Assembly: GCA_964562105.1 (NCBI GenBank) | Contig: CAZLRP010000002.1 | Span: forward strand, 19,222 to 83,221 | From: an uncultured Candidatus Saccharibacteria bacterium | Lineage (GTDB): Bacteria > Patescibacteriota > Minisyncoccia > Phycocordibacterales > GWA1-40-21 | DNA: 64,000 bases | Reading direction: 5' to 3' | In this document: in pieces, positions 7,532 to 16,371 of the stretch | How the letters are laid out: the number at the start of each line of letters is the position of its first letter | Position numbering within the stretch: position 1 is the first letter of the stretch | Notes under the pieces: model-generated | The model's database searches: none | What the model saw: only the letters and a program-made list of their open reading frames with translations | Told to the model about the DNA's origin: nothing | Position numbers and translations under genes: made by a program

Positions 7532-9604
7532 ATGCTTATTTCACAAATGAAAAAGAATAACAAATTCTGGAAAGAGAGAAGAAAAGACAACCGAAAGACT
7601 GAACACTCTGGCAAATTAAGGATTCTAAGTGGTAAAATCAAAGCCATCCGAGGACATACAGCCTATTTTATATCTGATATAAATAATATTTCAGTCGAAA
7701 TTTCTACAAGACAGATAAATACTGCAATGGCTGGAGATAAGGTTGAAATTAAGTTATTTAAAAAAAATAAAGCTGGGGTCCACGAAGGTGAAGTGGTAAA
7801 AATTCTAAGTCGCGCAAAAAATTATTTTGTCGGAACTATTGAATTGTCTGCCAAAGGTGTACTTGTGATTCCAGATGATAGAAGAATTAAAATTTCAGTA
7901 AAAATTACCCCGGAAAAAGCCATCGATTTAAAAAACAAGGATAAGGTTAGGGTAAAAATAATAAAATGGGTAGAAGCCCCTGCGTTTTCCGAAGGAGAGA
8001 TTGTAACTGTTTTAGGCAAAAAAGGAGATAATTCCACCGAGATGAATTCTATTGCGATAGATAAAGGTTTTGATATAGATTTTCCCGCGCAGGTTTTACA
8101 GGAATCCAAAAATATTTTCAATCAAAGCGCAAAAATTTCTTCCGAAGAAATCGCAAAGAGAAAAGATTTGAGAAATACGCTTACCTTTACGATTGACCCA
8201 AAAACTGCAAAAGATTTTGACGATGCAATTTCCTTTAAAAAACTCTCGAATGGAAATTTTGAAATTGGGGTTCATATCGCCGATGTATCTCACTACGTCA
8301 CAGAAAAAAGCGAGCTAGACAAAGAAGCTTATAAGCGAGGATGTTCCGTGTATCTTCCCGATAGAACGATCCCTATGCTTCCCTTTGAGCTTTCTGATAA
8401 CCTCTGCAGTTTGAGCGAAGGAGATGAAAAACTCGCCTTTTCAGCTATTTTTGAAATTAATCCTCATGCAAAAGTACTTTCAAAATGGTTTGAAAAATCT
8501 GTCATAAAATCTGCAAAAAGATTCACTTATGAAAGTGCCCAAGAAATTTTGAATGCAAAAACAGGTCAGCACTTTGAAGAGCTTAATACATTAAATAAAA
8601 TTGCAAAACTTTTGAGACGTGAAAAATTCCAAAAAGGCGCGATAGATTTTGAACAGGAAGAAATAGCTTTTGAACTAGACGAGGCTGGAAAACCTATAAA
8701 AATTTACAAAAAACAAAGACTTGATACTCACAAACTAGTTGAAGAATACATGCTTCTTGCAAACAAAGAAGTTGCTGAATATGTCTATAAATTTGAGAAA
8801 AAGTCCGGTAAACTGTTCCCTCTTCCGTATCGTATTCACGATTTTCCAGACAAAGATAGAATTTCCGAGCTCGCAGTTTTTGTAAAAGCTTTGGGACATG
8901 AGCTTATTATCGGAAAAACAGGAAGCATTACAGGAAAAGATATGCAGGCACTTTTTGCTCAAGTAGAAGGAAAAGCTGAAGAATCACTTGTAAAAACTGC
9001 TGCGATTCGCTCAATGTCAAAAGCAATCTACTCAACAAAAAATATCGGACATTTCGGACTGGCCTTTGAATATTACGCACACTTCACCTCGCCTATCAGA
9101 AGATATCCTGATCTTTTGGTTCACAGGATTTTGCAAAAAATACTTAGCAAAGACCGCAGTCAAATAAAAAGCCAATTTGACGGGGCAAGAAATATCGCCC
9201 ACGAAAAGTCTGCTGACCTCGTGGCAAGAGAAATAAATCTGGTATTTTACGAGAAAGCTTGTTCACACAGTACAGATCAAGAAATAAAAGCTTCCGAAGC
9301 AGAACGTGACGGAAGAAAATACAAACAAATAGAATATATGCAAGATAAAGTTGGAAAAACTTTTGACGGTATTATTACCGGCGTCACTGAATGGGGTATT
9401 TATGCGGAAGATTCGCAAACTAGAGCGGAGGGTATGATAAAGCTTTCTTCACTCGGAGATGACTTCTATAAACTTGATGCAAAAACTTATTCTGTAATCG
9501 GAGAAAAAACAAAACAAGTTTATTCGCTTGGACAAAAAGTAAAAATTAAACTAGTTTCTGCAGATTTAGACAAAAAGCAGATGGATTATGAAATAATTAG
9601 CTAA
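7532..9604 (+). CDS. rnr: Ribonuclease R (RNB-family 3'-5' exoribonuclease with C-terminal S1 domain)
   Basis: Cold-shock/OB N-terminus, RNB motifs (HFGLAFEYYAHFTSPIRRYPDLLVHR) and a C-terminal S1-like domain. Confidence 0.9.
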   Translation: MLISQMKKNNKFWKERRKDNRKTEHSGKLRILSGKIKAIRGHTAYFISDINNISVEISTRQINTAMAGDKVEIKLFKKNKAGVHEGEVVKILSRAKNYFVGTIELSAKGVLVIPDDRRIKISVKITPEKAIDLKNKDKVRVKIIKWVEAPAFSEGEIVTVLGKKGDNSTEMNSIAIDKGFDIDFPAQVLQESKNIFNQSAKISSEEIAKRKDLRNTLTFTIDPKTAKDFDDAISFKKLSNGNFEIGVHIADVSHYVTEKSELDKEAYKRGCSVYLPDRTIPMLPFELSDNLCSLSEGDEKLAFSAIFEINPHAKVLSKWFEKSVIKSAKRFTYESAQEILNAKTGQHFEELNTLNKIAKLLRREKFQKGAIDFEQEEIAFELDEAGKPIKIYKKQRLDTHKLVEEYMLLANKEVAEYVYKFEKKSGKLFPLPYRIHDFPDKDRISELAVFVKALGHELIIGKTGSITGKDMQALFAQVEGKAEESLVKTAAIRSMSKAIYSTKNIGHFGLAFEYYAHFTSPIRRYPDLLVHRILQKILSKDRSQIKSQFDGARNIAHEKSADLVAREINLVFYEKACSHSTDQEIKASEAERDGRKYKQIEYMQDKVGKTFDGIITGVTEWGIYAEDSQTRAEGMIKLSSLGDDFYKLDAKTYSVIGEKTKQVYSLGQKVKIKLVSADLDKKQMDYEIIS

Positions 9605-10093
9605 TTATTTCTCAAATTCTTGTAATAATTTAATATATTCTTGTTGTCTTTCTTTTATAACCCAATTCTCTCCTAGTAGATTAATTTTATTTTCATTTAT
9701 AATCCATTTACACATACCACAAAAAAATCCTTTTGGAGTTGCAATAAAAAGCCAGGGACAATTCCATCTATCTAAAAGTTTCTGCGCATGCGCTTTGATA
9801 TCATCCATATCTAGTAACTGTCGATATTTTACTTCCACGAGATAAAGTTCAGGTTTATTTTTTGATTTTAAATCTTCAGAGATTAAAACAAAATCTGGTG
9901 CTTCTGAAATGTTTTCAATAATATGTTTAATTTCCGTAAAATGATGTTGATATTGAGCAAGCATTGGCATTGTATATTCGTAGCCAAATGGAATAACTGT
10001 ATATCGTTTTTCATCTCGAATCATCTGTTCAAAAATAACTTCTGCTATTTTCCCTTTTATTAATTCTTTTGAAAATTTGATTTCTTTTTCCAT
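9605..10093 (-). CDS. Hypothetical PD-(D/E)xK nuclease-fold-like protein (about 163 aa from Met at 10093)
   Basis: PDFVLISED ... ELYLVEVKYRQ resembles the D...(D/E)xK restriction-endonuclease-like motif. The gene overlaps the 3' end of smc on the same strand. Confidence 0.45.
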   Translation of the reverse strand: MEKEIKFSKELIKGKIAEVIFEQMIRDEKRYTVIPFGYEYTMPMLAQYQHHFTEIKHIIENISEAPDFVLISEDLKSKNKPELYLVEVKYRQLLDMDDIKAHAQKLLDRWNCPWLFIATPKGFFCGMCKWIINENKINLLGENWVIKERQQEYIKLLQEFEK

Positions 10094-10103
10094 GTTATTT
10101 AAT

Positions 10104-12392
10104 TTATTTCGCCACCTCGACCGCCTCCTCAAACTGAATAGAAAGTAATCTTGAAACTCCATCTGAACCCATTGTCACTCCATAAATTACACCCGCACGA
10201 GACATTGTTTCTCTATTATGAGTAATAAGAATAAGCTGAGAGTATTTTGAAAGTTCGGTTATCATATCTCCATATTTTTTAGAATTGGCTTCATCAAGAG
10301 CCGCATCCGTCTCATCAAGAATAATAAATGGTGGCGGATTGACCTGAGAAATTGCAAAAAGAAGCGCGATGGATGTAAGAGCTCTTTCTCCACCAGAGAG
10401 CATCATCAAGCCCTTTATTTTTTTCTTCGGCAGATTTACTTCAATTTCCAAACCCTCTTCGGTTTCTTCCTCTTCTTCTTCGACTAATTCTTCACCGTCG
10501 GATTCTACAGGTAAATCCGTATCAAGTTTTTTTCTCTTCTTTTCTTTAACAACCGAAAGTGTGGCTGAACCTCCTCCAAACATTGCAGTAAAAAATTGCT
10601 GGAATTGAGTATTTATTTTAGCAACTCCAGTTTTAAATTCTGTTGTAAGCTTTTCTTCCAATTCTTTGATTAAATTCTTCAAAGATTCTGATGAATTGAT
10701 AAGGTCTACAAGTTCTTTTTCAAGGAAAGTGTCTCTTTCGGTAGTTTCTTTGTATTCTTTTACAACATCATCTCCACCAGAAACTCCGGCATCTTCTAGA
10801 CGAATTTTTATCTTTTCCATTGCGCGCTTTTTATCTTCCTGTACTTGTCTTCCTTCTTTGACAATCTGTTCCAAAGAAAGCGCTGAGCCGTCTGCATTTG
10901 TAGGCCAAAAATCTTTGTATCTAAGCGCGGAAATTCCTACTAAAATAGAAGCCTCTTGAAGTTCCCTGTTAAGCTCATCTTCGTCATGTTTCAATCTTGA
11001 TTCCCTATTTTCAAGTCCGTTTAACTTACCTCTTATTTCATTTTGTTCAGCAACAATTCTAAACAAAGATTTTTCGGCATCTCTGTTTGAATCCTTTTCT
11101 TTTTCAATATCGTTCTTCAAGAAGGAATATTGCTCAGAGAGTTCTGTTTCAATATTATTTGCTTCTTTTAATTTTTCTTCATGGCCCTTTTTCTCTGATT
11201 CAAGTTTTTTAATTTCTTCTTCCAAATCTGTGATAGCTTGTTTATCTTCATTTTCTTTGTTTCTTTCAATAAAATCACGAAGAATTTTTTTAATTGAAGA
11301 AAAAATTTCTTTTATTTTTGAAAAATCATGGCTTTCATTTACTCCATCAATTTCCAAATCTATTTGTTTAGAGATATTTTCAACAGCCGATAAATCCACT
11401 GTTTTTAAAGACTTTGCGGAATTTGCTTCGTGCTGTTTTTTAATCATCCTTTCTAGGGATGAAATCTCTCCTTCAATACGCCCAATACTCCTCATCAGAT
11501 TATCTTTTTGATTACGAGTTTCTTTGAGTTTTCCTTCTACTTTGATAACTTCCTCGCTTCTTGAGTCTTTAGAAGATGATTTCTCTAAAACTTGTTTTGC
11601 CTCGGCAAGTTCCCTTTCTAATTTGTGTGACATTTCAAGCAAAGGCTTTTTTTCGCTAGAAATGCTTTGTTTTTCATATTTAATATATTCTTCCTCACGC
11701 CTGAAATAATCGTGATACATTTTTGTAAGATCCTCCTTCATCTCAAACATCTTTTCTATCTTTTCCACTTGTTTTTTCAAAAACTTGATATGAGGAGCAA
11801 TCTCTCTTCTCAGGGATTCTACTTGCTTTATATTTTCTTCTGTCTTTTCAAGTTTGCGAACACTTTCATCTTTTTTGTTTTGATAAATCTTCAAACCTAA
11901 AGCATCTTCAATCATTTCTCTTCTCTCGCGAATGTTTGAATTTAAAACTTTATCGGCTTCTCCTTGAGAAATGATTTGATGGCCAGAAGCGCCGATATGC
12001 GCAGAAGAGAGCAGTTCAACAATATCTTTCAAACGAACAACGCTTCCATTTATAGAATATTCGCTTGAAGAGTCTCTATTCACGACACGTTCAATAGCAA
12101 CTTCGTCAAAGTCTATATTTAAAATCCTTTGGATATTATTGAAAACTAATTTAACAGAAGCACGATTTGAACGCGACGCATCTTTTCCTCCGTTAAAAAT
12201 AAGGTCTTCGGCTCTTTTACCTCTCAAAGATTTGATGGATTGCTCTCCCAAGACAAAGCTGAATGCTTCTGCAACATTTGATTTTCCTGAGCCGTTTGGC
12301 CCTACAATAGCAGAAATAGGAACATTAAAATCCAATACGGACTTTTTCCCGAATGATTTGAATCCCGATATTTCTATTGATTTTAGATACAT
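10104..12392 (-). CDS. smc: Chromosome segregation protein SMC, unusually short (762 aa), no recognisable hinge; acidic insert before the signature motif
   Basis: N-terminus MYLKSIEISGFKSFGKK...IVGPNGSGKSNVAEAFSFVLGEQS. C-terminus LSGGERALTSIALLFAIS...FIILDETDAALDEAN...ILITHNRETM. Conserved rnc-smc neighbourhood. Confidence 0.8.
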   Translation of the reverse strand: MYLKSIEISGFKSFGKKSVLDFNVPISAIVGPNGSGKSNVAEAFSFVLGEQSIKSLRGKRAEDLIFNGGKDASRSNRASVKLVFNNIQRILNIDFDEVAIERVVNRDSSSEYSINGSVVRLKDIVELLSSAHIGASGHQIISQGEADKVLNSNIRERREMIEDALGLKIYQNKKDESVRKLEKTEENIKQVESLRREIAPHIKFLKKQVEKIEKMFEMKEDLTKMYHDYFRREEEYIKYEKQSISSEKKPLLEMSHKLERELAEAKQVLEKSSSKDSRSEEVIKVEGKLKETRNQKDNLMRSIGRIEGEISSLERMIKKQHEANSAKSLKTVDLSAVENISKQIDLEIDGVNESHDFSKIKEIFSSIKKILRDFIERNKENEDKQAITDLEEEIKKLESEKKGHEEKLKEANNIETELSEQYSFLKNDIEKEKDSNRDAEKSLFRIVAEQNEIRGKLNGLENRESRLKHDEDELNRELQEASILVGISALRYKDFWPTNADGSALSLEQIVKEGRQVQEDKKRAMEKIKIRLEDAGVSGGDDVVKEYKETTERDTFLEKELVDLINSSESLKNLIKELEEKLTTEFKTGVAKINTQFQQFFTAMFGGGSATLSVVKEKKRKKLDTDLPVESDGEELVEEEEEETEEGLEIEVNLPKKKIKGLMMLSGGERALTSIALLFAISQVNPPPFIILDETDAALDEANSKKYGDMITELSKYSQLILITHNRETMSRAGVIYGVTMGSDGVSRLLSIQFEEAVEVAK

Positions 12393-12459
12393 TGAACCTA
12401 TATTATCAGATTATTTGATAAAAAAAAGACCGGCAAAAATAGCTTTATTTTTGAGAAAG

Positions 12460-12789
12460 CTATTTTTGTTCCTGTAAAGATTTGAGATTCCTTATGAATG
12501 ATTCTATTTCTCCATCTTCGGTATCAAAATATTTATAGTTTGACAGATCAAAAGTATCTTCAGAAGAAAGTAAAACCCCTCCTAAAAAATAATCTTTTAA
12601 TTTCAGACCGGCATTTTCAAATTCTTTTTTGAAATCATTTATTGAGGTTGCAACTTCATAAGCATCATTTGAATCAACAAAAAATTTGGGCAGAGATGAC
12701 ATAATATCCAAAAGTTCGGCAAATTTTTGTTGTCGTTCATTTTGTTCTTGCTGTTCTGCCGATGAAAAATCTTCTTTAAATTCTTCCAT
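12460..12789 (-). CDS. Acidic hypothetical protein, 109 aa
   Basis: ORF between rnc and smc on the same strand. An A/T-rich hairpin lies at 12421-12453, downstream. Confidence 0.45.
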   Translation of the reverse strand: MEEFKEDFSSAEQQEQNERQQKFAELLDIMSSLPKFFVDSNDAYEVATSINDFKKEFENAGLKLKDYFLGGVLLSSEDTFDLSNYKYFDTEDGEIESFIRNLKSLQEQK

Positions 12790-12795
12790 AAAAAA

Positions 12796-13497
12796 TTAAT
12801 TTGCTGACCAATCTTTGGCAGAAAGTGCGTTGTTTGCGGCAACTTGTTCTGCTTCTTGTTTTGATTTACCTTCACCTTCCGCAACTTTAGTTTTATCCAG
12901 ATATACGCCTACTGTAAACTTTTTATCGTGATCCGGGCCTTCTTCTTTTAATGTTTTATAAAGCGGCGTTATACCTTCATAATCCTGCGCCTGTTCTTGA
13001 AATTTGCTTTTTGCATCAAGCCATGTTTTTTCTTCAATTATTTTTTCTATCAGATTAAAGATGTTGTTTGAGATAAAATATTTTGCTACATCATATCCCT
13101 GATCCAAAAAAATCGCTCCGATCAAAGCCTCTATCGCATTTGCTAAAATAATCTGCCTTGCCCGTCCAACATCTTTAGCTTCGCCTTTTGAAAGCAATAA
13201 AAAATCATTCATATTTATTTTCCCCGCAGCATCCGAAAGAGTGTTCGCGTTGACAAGCGCAGATCTATAGGCAGTAAGCTCGCCTTCATTGCTGTCGGGA
13301 TATTTTACATAAAGATACTCGGTAACGATAAGTTCAAGCACGGCATCTCCTAAAAATTCCAATCTTTCGTTGTGAACCAACTCTGAATCTTTGTGTTCAT
13401 TCAAATAAGACCTGTGCGTAAAGGCTTGTTTTAATATATTTTTATCTTTAAAGATAATTCCTATTTTTTTTTCGAAGTTTGAAAAATCGGGTTTCAT
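12796..13497 (-). CDS. rnc: Ribonuclease III
   Basis: HRSY...NERLEFLGDAVLELIVTEYLY signature plus a C-terminal dsRBD (KSKFQEQAQ...GEGKSKQEAEQVAANNAL). Confidence 0.9.
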   Translation of the reverse strand: MKPDFSNFEKKIGIIFKDKNILKQAFTHRSYLNEHKDSELVHNERLEFLGDAVLELIVTEYLYVKYPDSNEGELTAYRSALVNANTLSDAAGKINMNDFLLLSKGEAKDVGRARQIILANAIEALIGAIFLDQGYDVAKYFISNNIFNLIEKIIEEKTWLDAKSKFQEQAQDYEGITPLYKTLKEEGPDHDKKFTVGVYLDKTKVAEGEGKSKQEAEQVAANNALSAKDWSAN

Positions 13498-13518
13498 AAA
13501 TTATGATTTATTATTTTT

Positions 13519-13655
13519 ATCCGCACACTAATTCTATCATCGTTGCATCGTGTTCTTAATATCAGTAAATATTATGTTGTTTATTAAGTAAGTTTAATTT
13601 TATATAACTAATCTCTCTGCGCAACAAAAACACAATGATAGAGTTAGTGTGCGGA
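13519..13655. repeat. Family-A palindromic element copy 1 (about 137 bp; termini CCGCACAC...GTGTGCGG with 35-nt arm complementarity)
   Basis: Left arm tccgcacactaattctatcatcgttgcatcgtgtt and right arm gcaacaaaaacacaatgatagagttagtgtgcgga. The right 35 nt are identical to the copy at 52862-53000. The element overlaps the last 4 codons and stop of the nusB-Nudix gene and ends 22 nt before the rnc start codon. Confidence 0.7.
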
Positions 13656-14543
13656 CTTGCTACTTATTATTGTTATAGCTTTTGTGATGATCGGCAATAT
13701 ATCATTATAAAAATTAAGGTTTTGAATTTCTTGAAGCTTGAACCATTTGGCATCATCAAGGCCTCCGCTGTCTCCGCGTTTTAATTCTGTTCTCTCGGCT
13801 TTTGCAAGAAAATATATCACCTGTTTTCTTATTTTTCCTTCTTCGGGATGATTTGCCACATATTCATTTTTTAAAAGTTCATCTTCAATCGTGATATCAA
13901 TACCCATTTCTTCTTTTATTTCCCTCACCGCTCCTATTTTTGGATCTTCGCCTGCATCTATCTTTCCTTTTGAAAGAGTCCACTTCCCAAAAACATCGTG
14001 AACGAGAGCAAAATAAATATTTCCGTCTTCAACACTATAGACCACAGCTCCCGCGAGTTGTTTTATCGGCATTTGCTCAAACGGAACATCTTTATGTTTT
14101 TTAGAAACTTCGTCTTTGCCTGGCTCTCCAAGCTCTTTGTATATAGTGCCCAAAACTCCATTTATAAAGCCTCCGCTCTTTTCTCCGCTGTAAGTTTTTG
14201 CAAGCTCAATAGCTTCGTTAATTGCAACTTTTGCCGGAACTTCTTTTCTATCAGAGAACAACAGCTCATAAAGCCCCAGACGCAAAATATTTCTGTCGGC
14301 GATAGAAATTTTTTCTATCGGCCAGTCAGGCGCAGCTTTTACAATAATACTGTCCAAATCCGTTTTTTTATCAATTATTCCTTTCAAAAGATTTTCGGAA
14401 AAATTTTTTTCTGCATTTCCCTCTCCAAATTCTTTATTATTTCTTTCTAGAGATAATAAAGCTTCTTCTCTTGAAGAATTTCTAAAATCCCACTCAAAAG
14501 CGGATTGAAATACTATTGATCTTGCAAGGTGCCTGCTAAACAT
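13644..14543 (-). CDS. nusB: NusB (antitermination factor)-Nudix hydrolase fusion protein
   Basis: N-terminal half is NusB-like (ARSIVFQSAFEWDF...VAINEAIELAKTYSGEKSGGFINGVLG). C-terminal half has a Nudix box (GKWTLSKGKIDAGEDPKIGAVREIKEEMG). Confidence 0.75.
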   Translation of the reverse strand: MFSRHLARSIVFQSAFEWDFRNSSREEALLSLERNNKEFGEGNAEKNFSENLLKGIIDKKTDLDSIIVKAAPDWPIEKISIADRNILRLGLYELLFSDRKEVPAKVAINEAIELAKTYSGEKSGGFINGVLGTIYKELGEPGKDEVSKKHKDVPFEQMPIKQLAGAVVYSVEDGNIYFALVHDVFGKWTLSKGKIDAGEDPKIGAVREIKEEMGIDITIEDELLKNEYVANHPEEGKIRKQVIYFLAKAERTELKRGDSGGLDDAKWFKLQEIQNLNFYNDILPIITKAITIISSKSAH

Positions 14544-14744
14544 ATGATTTCTTTGAACTTTTTAATCCGTCTCAGACGGATATGGCTTATTTATCACTGC
14601 ACGTATTCTATCTCAAAGCTAAAAAAAAGAAAAGGCTTCGCAGTAAAAAATATTATTGCAAAAACTTTTTTAATAAAACAAAGAAGTTTCCGTTGATTTA
14701 AAATATTTCTCAAGATATTATTATCCCCATTTCAGCAATAAAAT

Positions 14745-14775
14745 AAAAAATACCCTTTTGGGTATTTTTTTATTG
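14745..14775 (-). terminator. Intrinsic terminator downstream of rpmF (aaaaaataccc-tttt-gggtattttttt)
   Basis: Hairpin plus T-run just 3' of the rpmF stop. Confidence 0.55.
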
Positions 14776-14776
14776 C

Positions 14777-14986
14777 CTATGCTTTTTTCTCAGATTTTTT
14801 AGAGGTTTTTGATTTTTTTGTCTTTTTTTCAAGGTTTATCACAACTCTCCCTCTGTATTTTCCGCAATTTGAACATGCCTGATGCCTCATCACAGGATTA
14901 TTGCAATCTGGGCACTTTGTAAGTGCAATCCCCTTCAAAGCATGATGTGATCTCGTGCTTCCTCTCTGGGATCTATTATGTCTCAT
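14777..14986 (-). CDS. rpmF: 50S ribosomal protein L32
   Basis: MRHNRSQRGSTRSHHAL...CPDCNNPVMRHQACSNCGKYRGRVVI, a bL32 zinc-ribbon pattern. Start taken at the internal Met of the 73-aa ORF. Confidence 0.8.
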   Translation of the reverse strand: MRHNRSQRGSTRSHHALKGIALTKCPDCNNPVMRHQACSNCGKYRGRVVINLEKKTKKSKTSKKSEKKA

Positions 14987-15039
14987 TCTATTTACCATAG
15001 TGAAAAAGAGTATAGCTTATTTTCTTAAAAAAGAAAAGC

Positions 15040-15078
15040 CCGTGAGATTTTTTTCGTAAAATCTCACGGGCCTTAAAA
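15040..15078 (-). terminator. Terminator hairpin (gcccgtgagatttt...aaaatctcacgggc)
   Basis: 14-bp stem followed by a T-run on the minus strand, 3' of gene 15082..15516. Confidence 0.55.
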
Positions 15079-15081
15079 AAT

Positions 15082-15516
15082 TTAGATTCTGAATGTTTTA
15101 TCAACCCGTGACATATCGTCAACAGCTTTGATAAATGCTTTCTGGTAGTTCATAAAGAGTTTTGCTAAAAATTCTTTAGGAGCCCATAAACAGATTTTCA
15201 ACGTTTCTTCGTTTGTTCTTTTTACAATTATTTCTTCACCGGGGACTATTTTTCCGGAGATTTCAGTAACCAAAAAAAATACTTTATTATTCTCTCCGTC
15301 TTCCCGATAAACTTCTCGAAATTTTATAGGGGTTAATTTTTTGTTTGTATTTCCCAAAAATTCTCGTACAAGTGTTTGATCAAACCTTTCTGGATATTTT
15401 CCATATCCTCCCAAAGGCTTCACCTTATCGGGGTCTCTAATATCAGTAGCTCCCAGTATATACCATGCGCCTCCTATCCTAATGATACAAAATGCCACAC
15501 AATACCAACTTTTCAT
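15082..15516 (-). CDS. Nudix-fold paralog with a degenerate Nudix box (likely catalytically inactive)
   Basis: WYILGATDIRDPDKVKPLGGYGKY...VREFLGNTN aligns with the neighbour's WKVLGATDSRFPNDAKIPGGTNKD...KREFYEETG, but the REx2EE glutamates are lost. Confidence 0.5.
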   Translation of the reverse strand: MKSWYCVAFCIIRIGGAWYILGATDIRDPDKVKPLGGYGKYPERFDQTLVREFLGNTNKKLTPIKFREVYREDGENNKVFFLVTEISGKIVPGEEIIVKRTNEETLKICLWAPKEFLAKLFMNYQKAFIKAVDDMSRVDKTFRI

Positions 15517-15657
15517 TTTGTCCTCCAGTCATTGATGTTTTACTTCTATTTGTAGTTTTATCATATTGATACAATACGTCAAGCAATTTAAATAATAAGA
15601 AAACCCTAAAAACTCCACTCGCGTAAAATTTTTAGGGTTTTAAAAATAGCTTAAAAA

Positions 15658-16182
15658 CTAGAACTTCATCACGGAAAATCTATCATACATCTCTAGATTA
15701 TCTTGACGAAACTTTTCATCGGAGTTCGCCATCGCAAGAAAAGCTTTAACAAAACCATTTCTGTGATTGATAAGAAGTGCTTTCTCAAAATCCTGAAGAG
15801 TCCACCAACGAACTTTTATCTTGTCTTTATCGTCGGTAAATTCCCTGATGAAATCAAACGGAAAATTTCCTGTAGCATTTTTCACCAAATAAAAATACCT
15901 GGTGTGTATGGTTCCTTTGACTCTACCAGGAATCTTTACGAAATGGGCTTGAAGACATTCACCGTTTGTCCTAAACCCAGTTTCCTCATAAAACTCGCGT
16001 TTTAAGGTATCGCCCGGTGTTTCTTCAATCAATTCCTTCGTCTCATCATCTTTATTCGTACCCCCTGGAATTTTAGCATCGTTTGGGAAACGAGAATCCG
16101 TGGCACCGAGAACTTTCCACCGGTTATCTTTCGTATCAAAACTGAAATAAACTCCTGCCGAAAAATGATCGCTGGTATTCAC
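15658..16182 (-). CDS. Nudix hydrolase
   Basis: Nudix box IPGGTNKDDETKELIEETPGDTLKREFYEETGF. Confidence 0.75.
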   Translation of the reverse strand: MNTSDHFSAGVYFSFDTKDNRWKVLGATDSRFPNDAKIPGGTNKDDETKELIEETPGDTLKREFYEETGFRTNGECLQAHFVKIPGRVKGTIHTRYFYLVKNATGNFPFDFIREFTDDKDKIKVRWWTLQDFEKALLINHRNGFVKAFLAMANSDEKFRQDNLEMYDRFSVMKF

Positions 16183-16371
16183 TTTTCCCTCCTAGGGAAA
16201 CAAAATTTAAAAAAGACCTTAATTAATTGGTCTACCGCTAATAGTACACTTTTATTTCAATTTGTCAAGTTTAATGACTATTCGTTTTAACGGCTAAAAA
16301 TGAAATTTGTAAAAAGAGAATCCGCGCAAGCTTTATATTAGCCTGCGCGGATTTATAACTCGTACTCTAAA

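Noticed and set aside
10369-11900. Plus-strand ORFs (61-97 aa) inside smc
   Set aside because: Antisense to SMC. Ser/Phe-rich artefacts of the AT-rich coiled-coil coding sequence.
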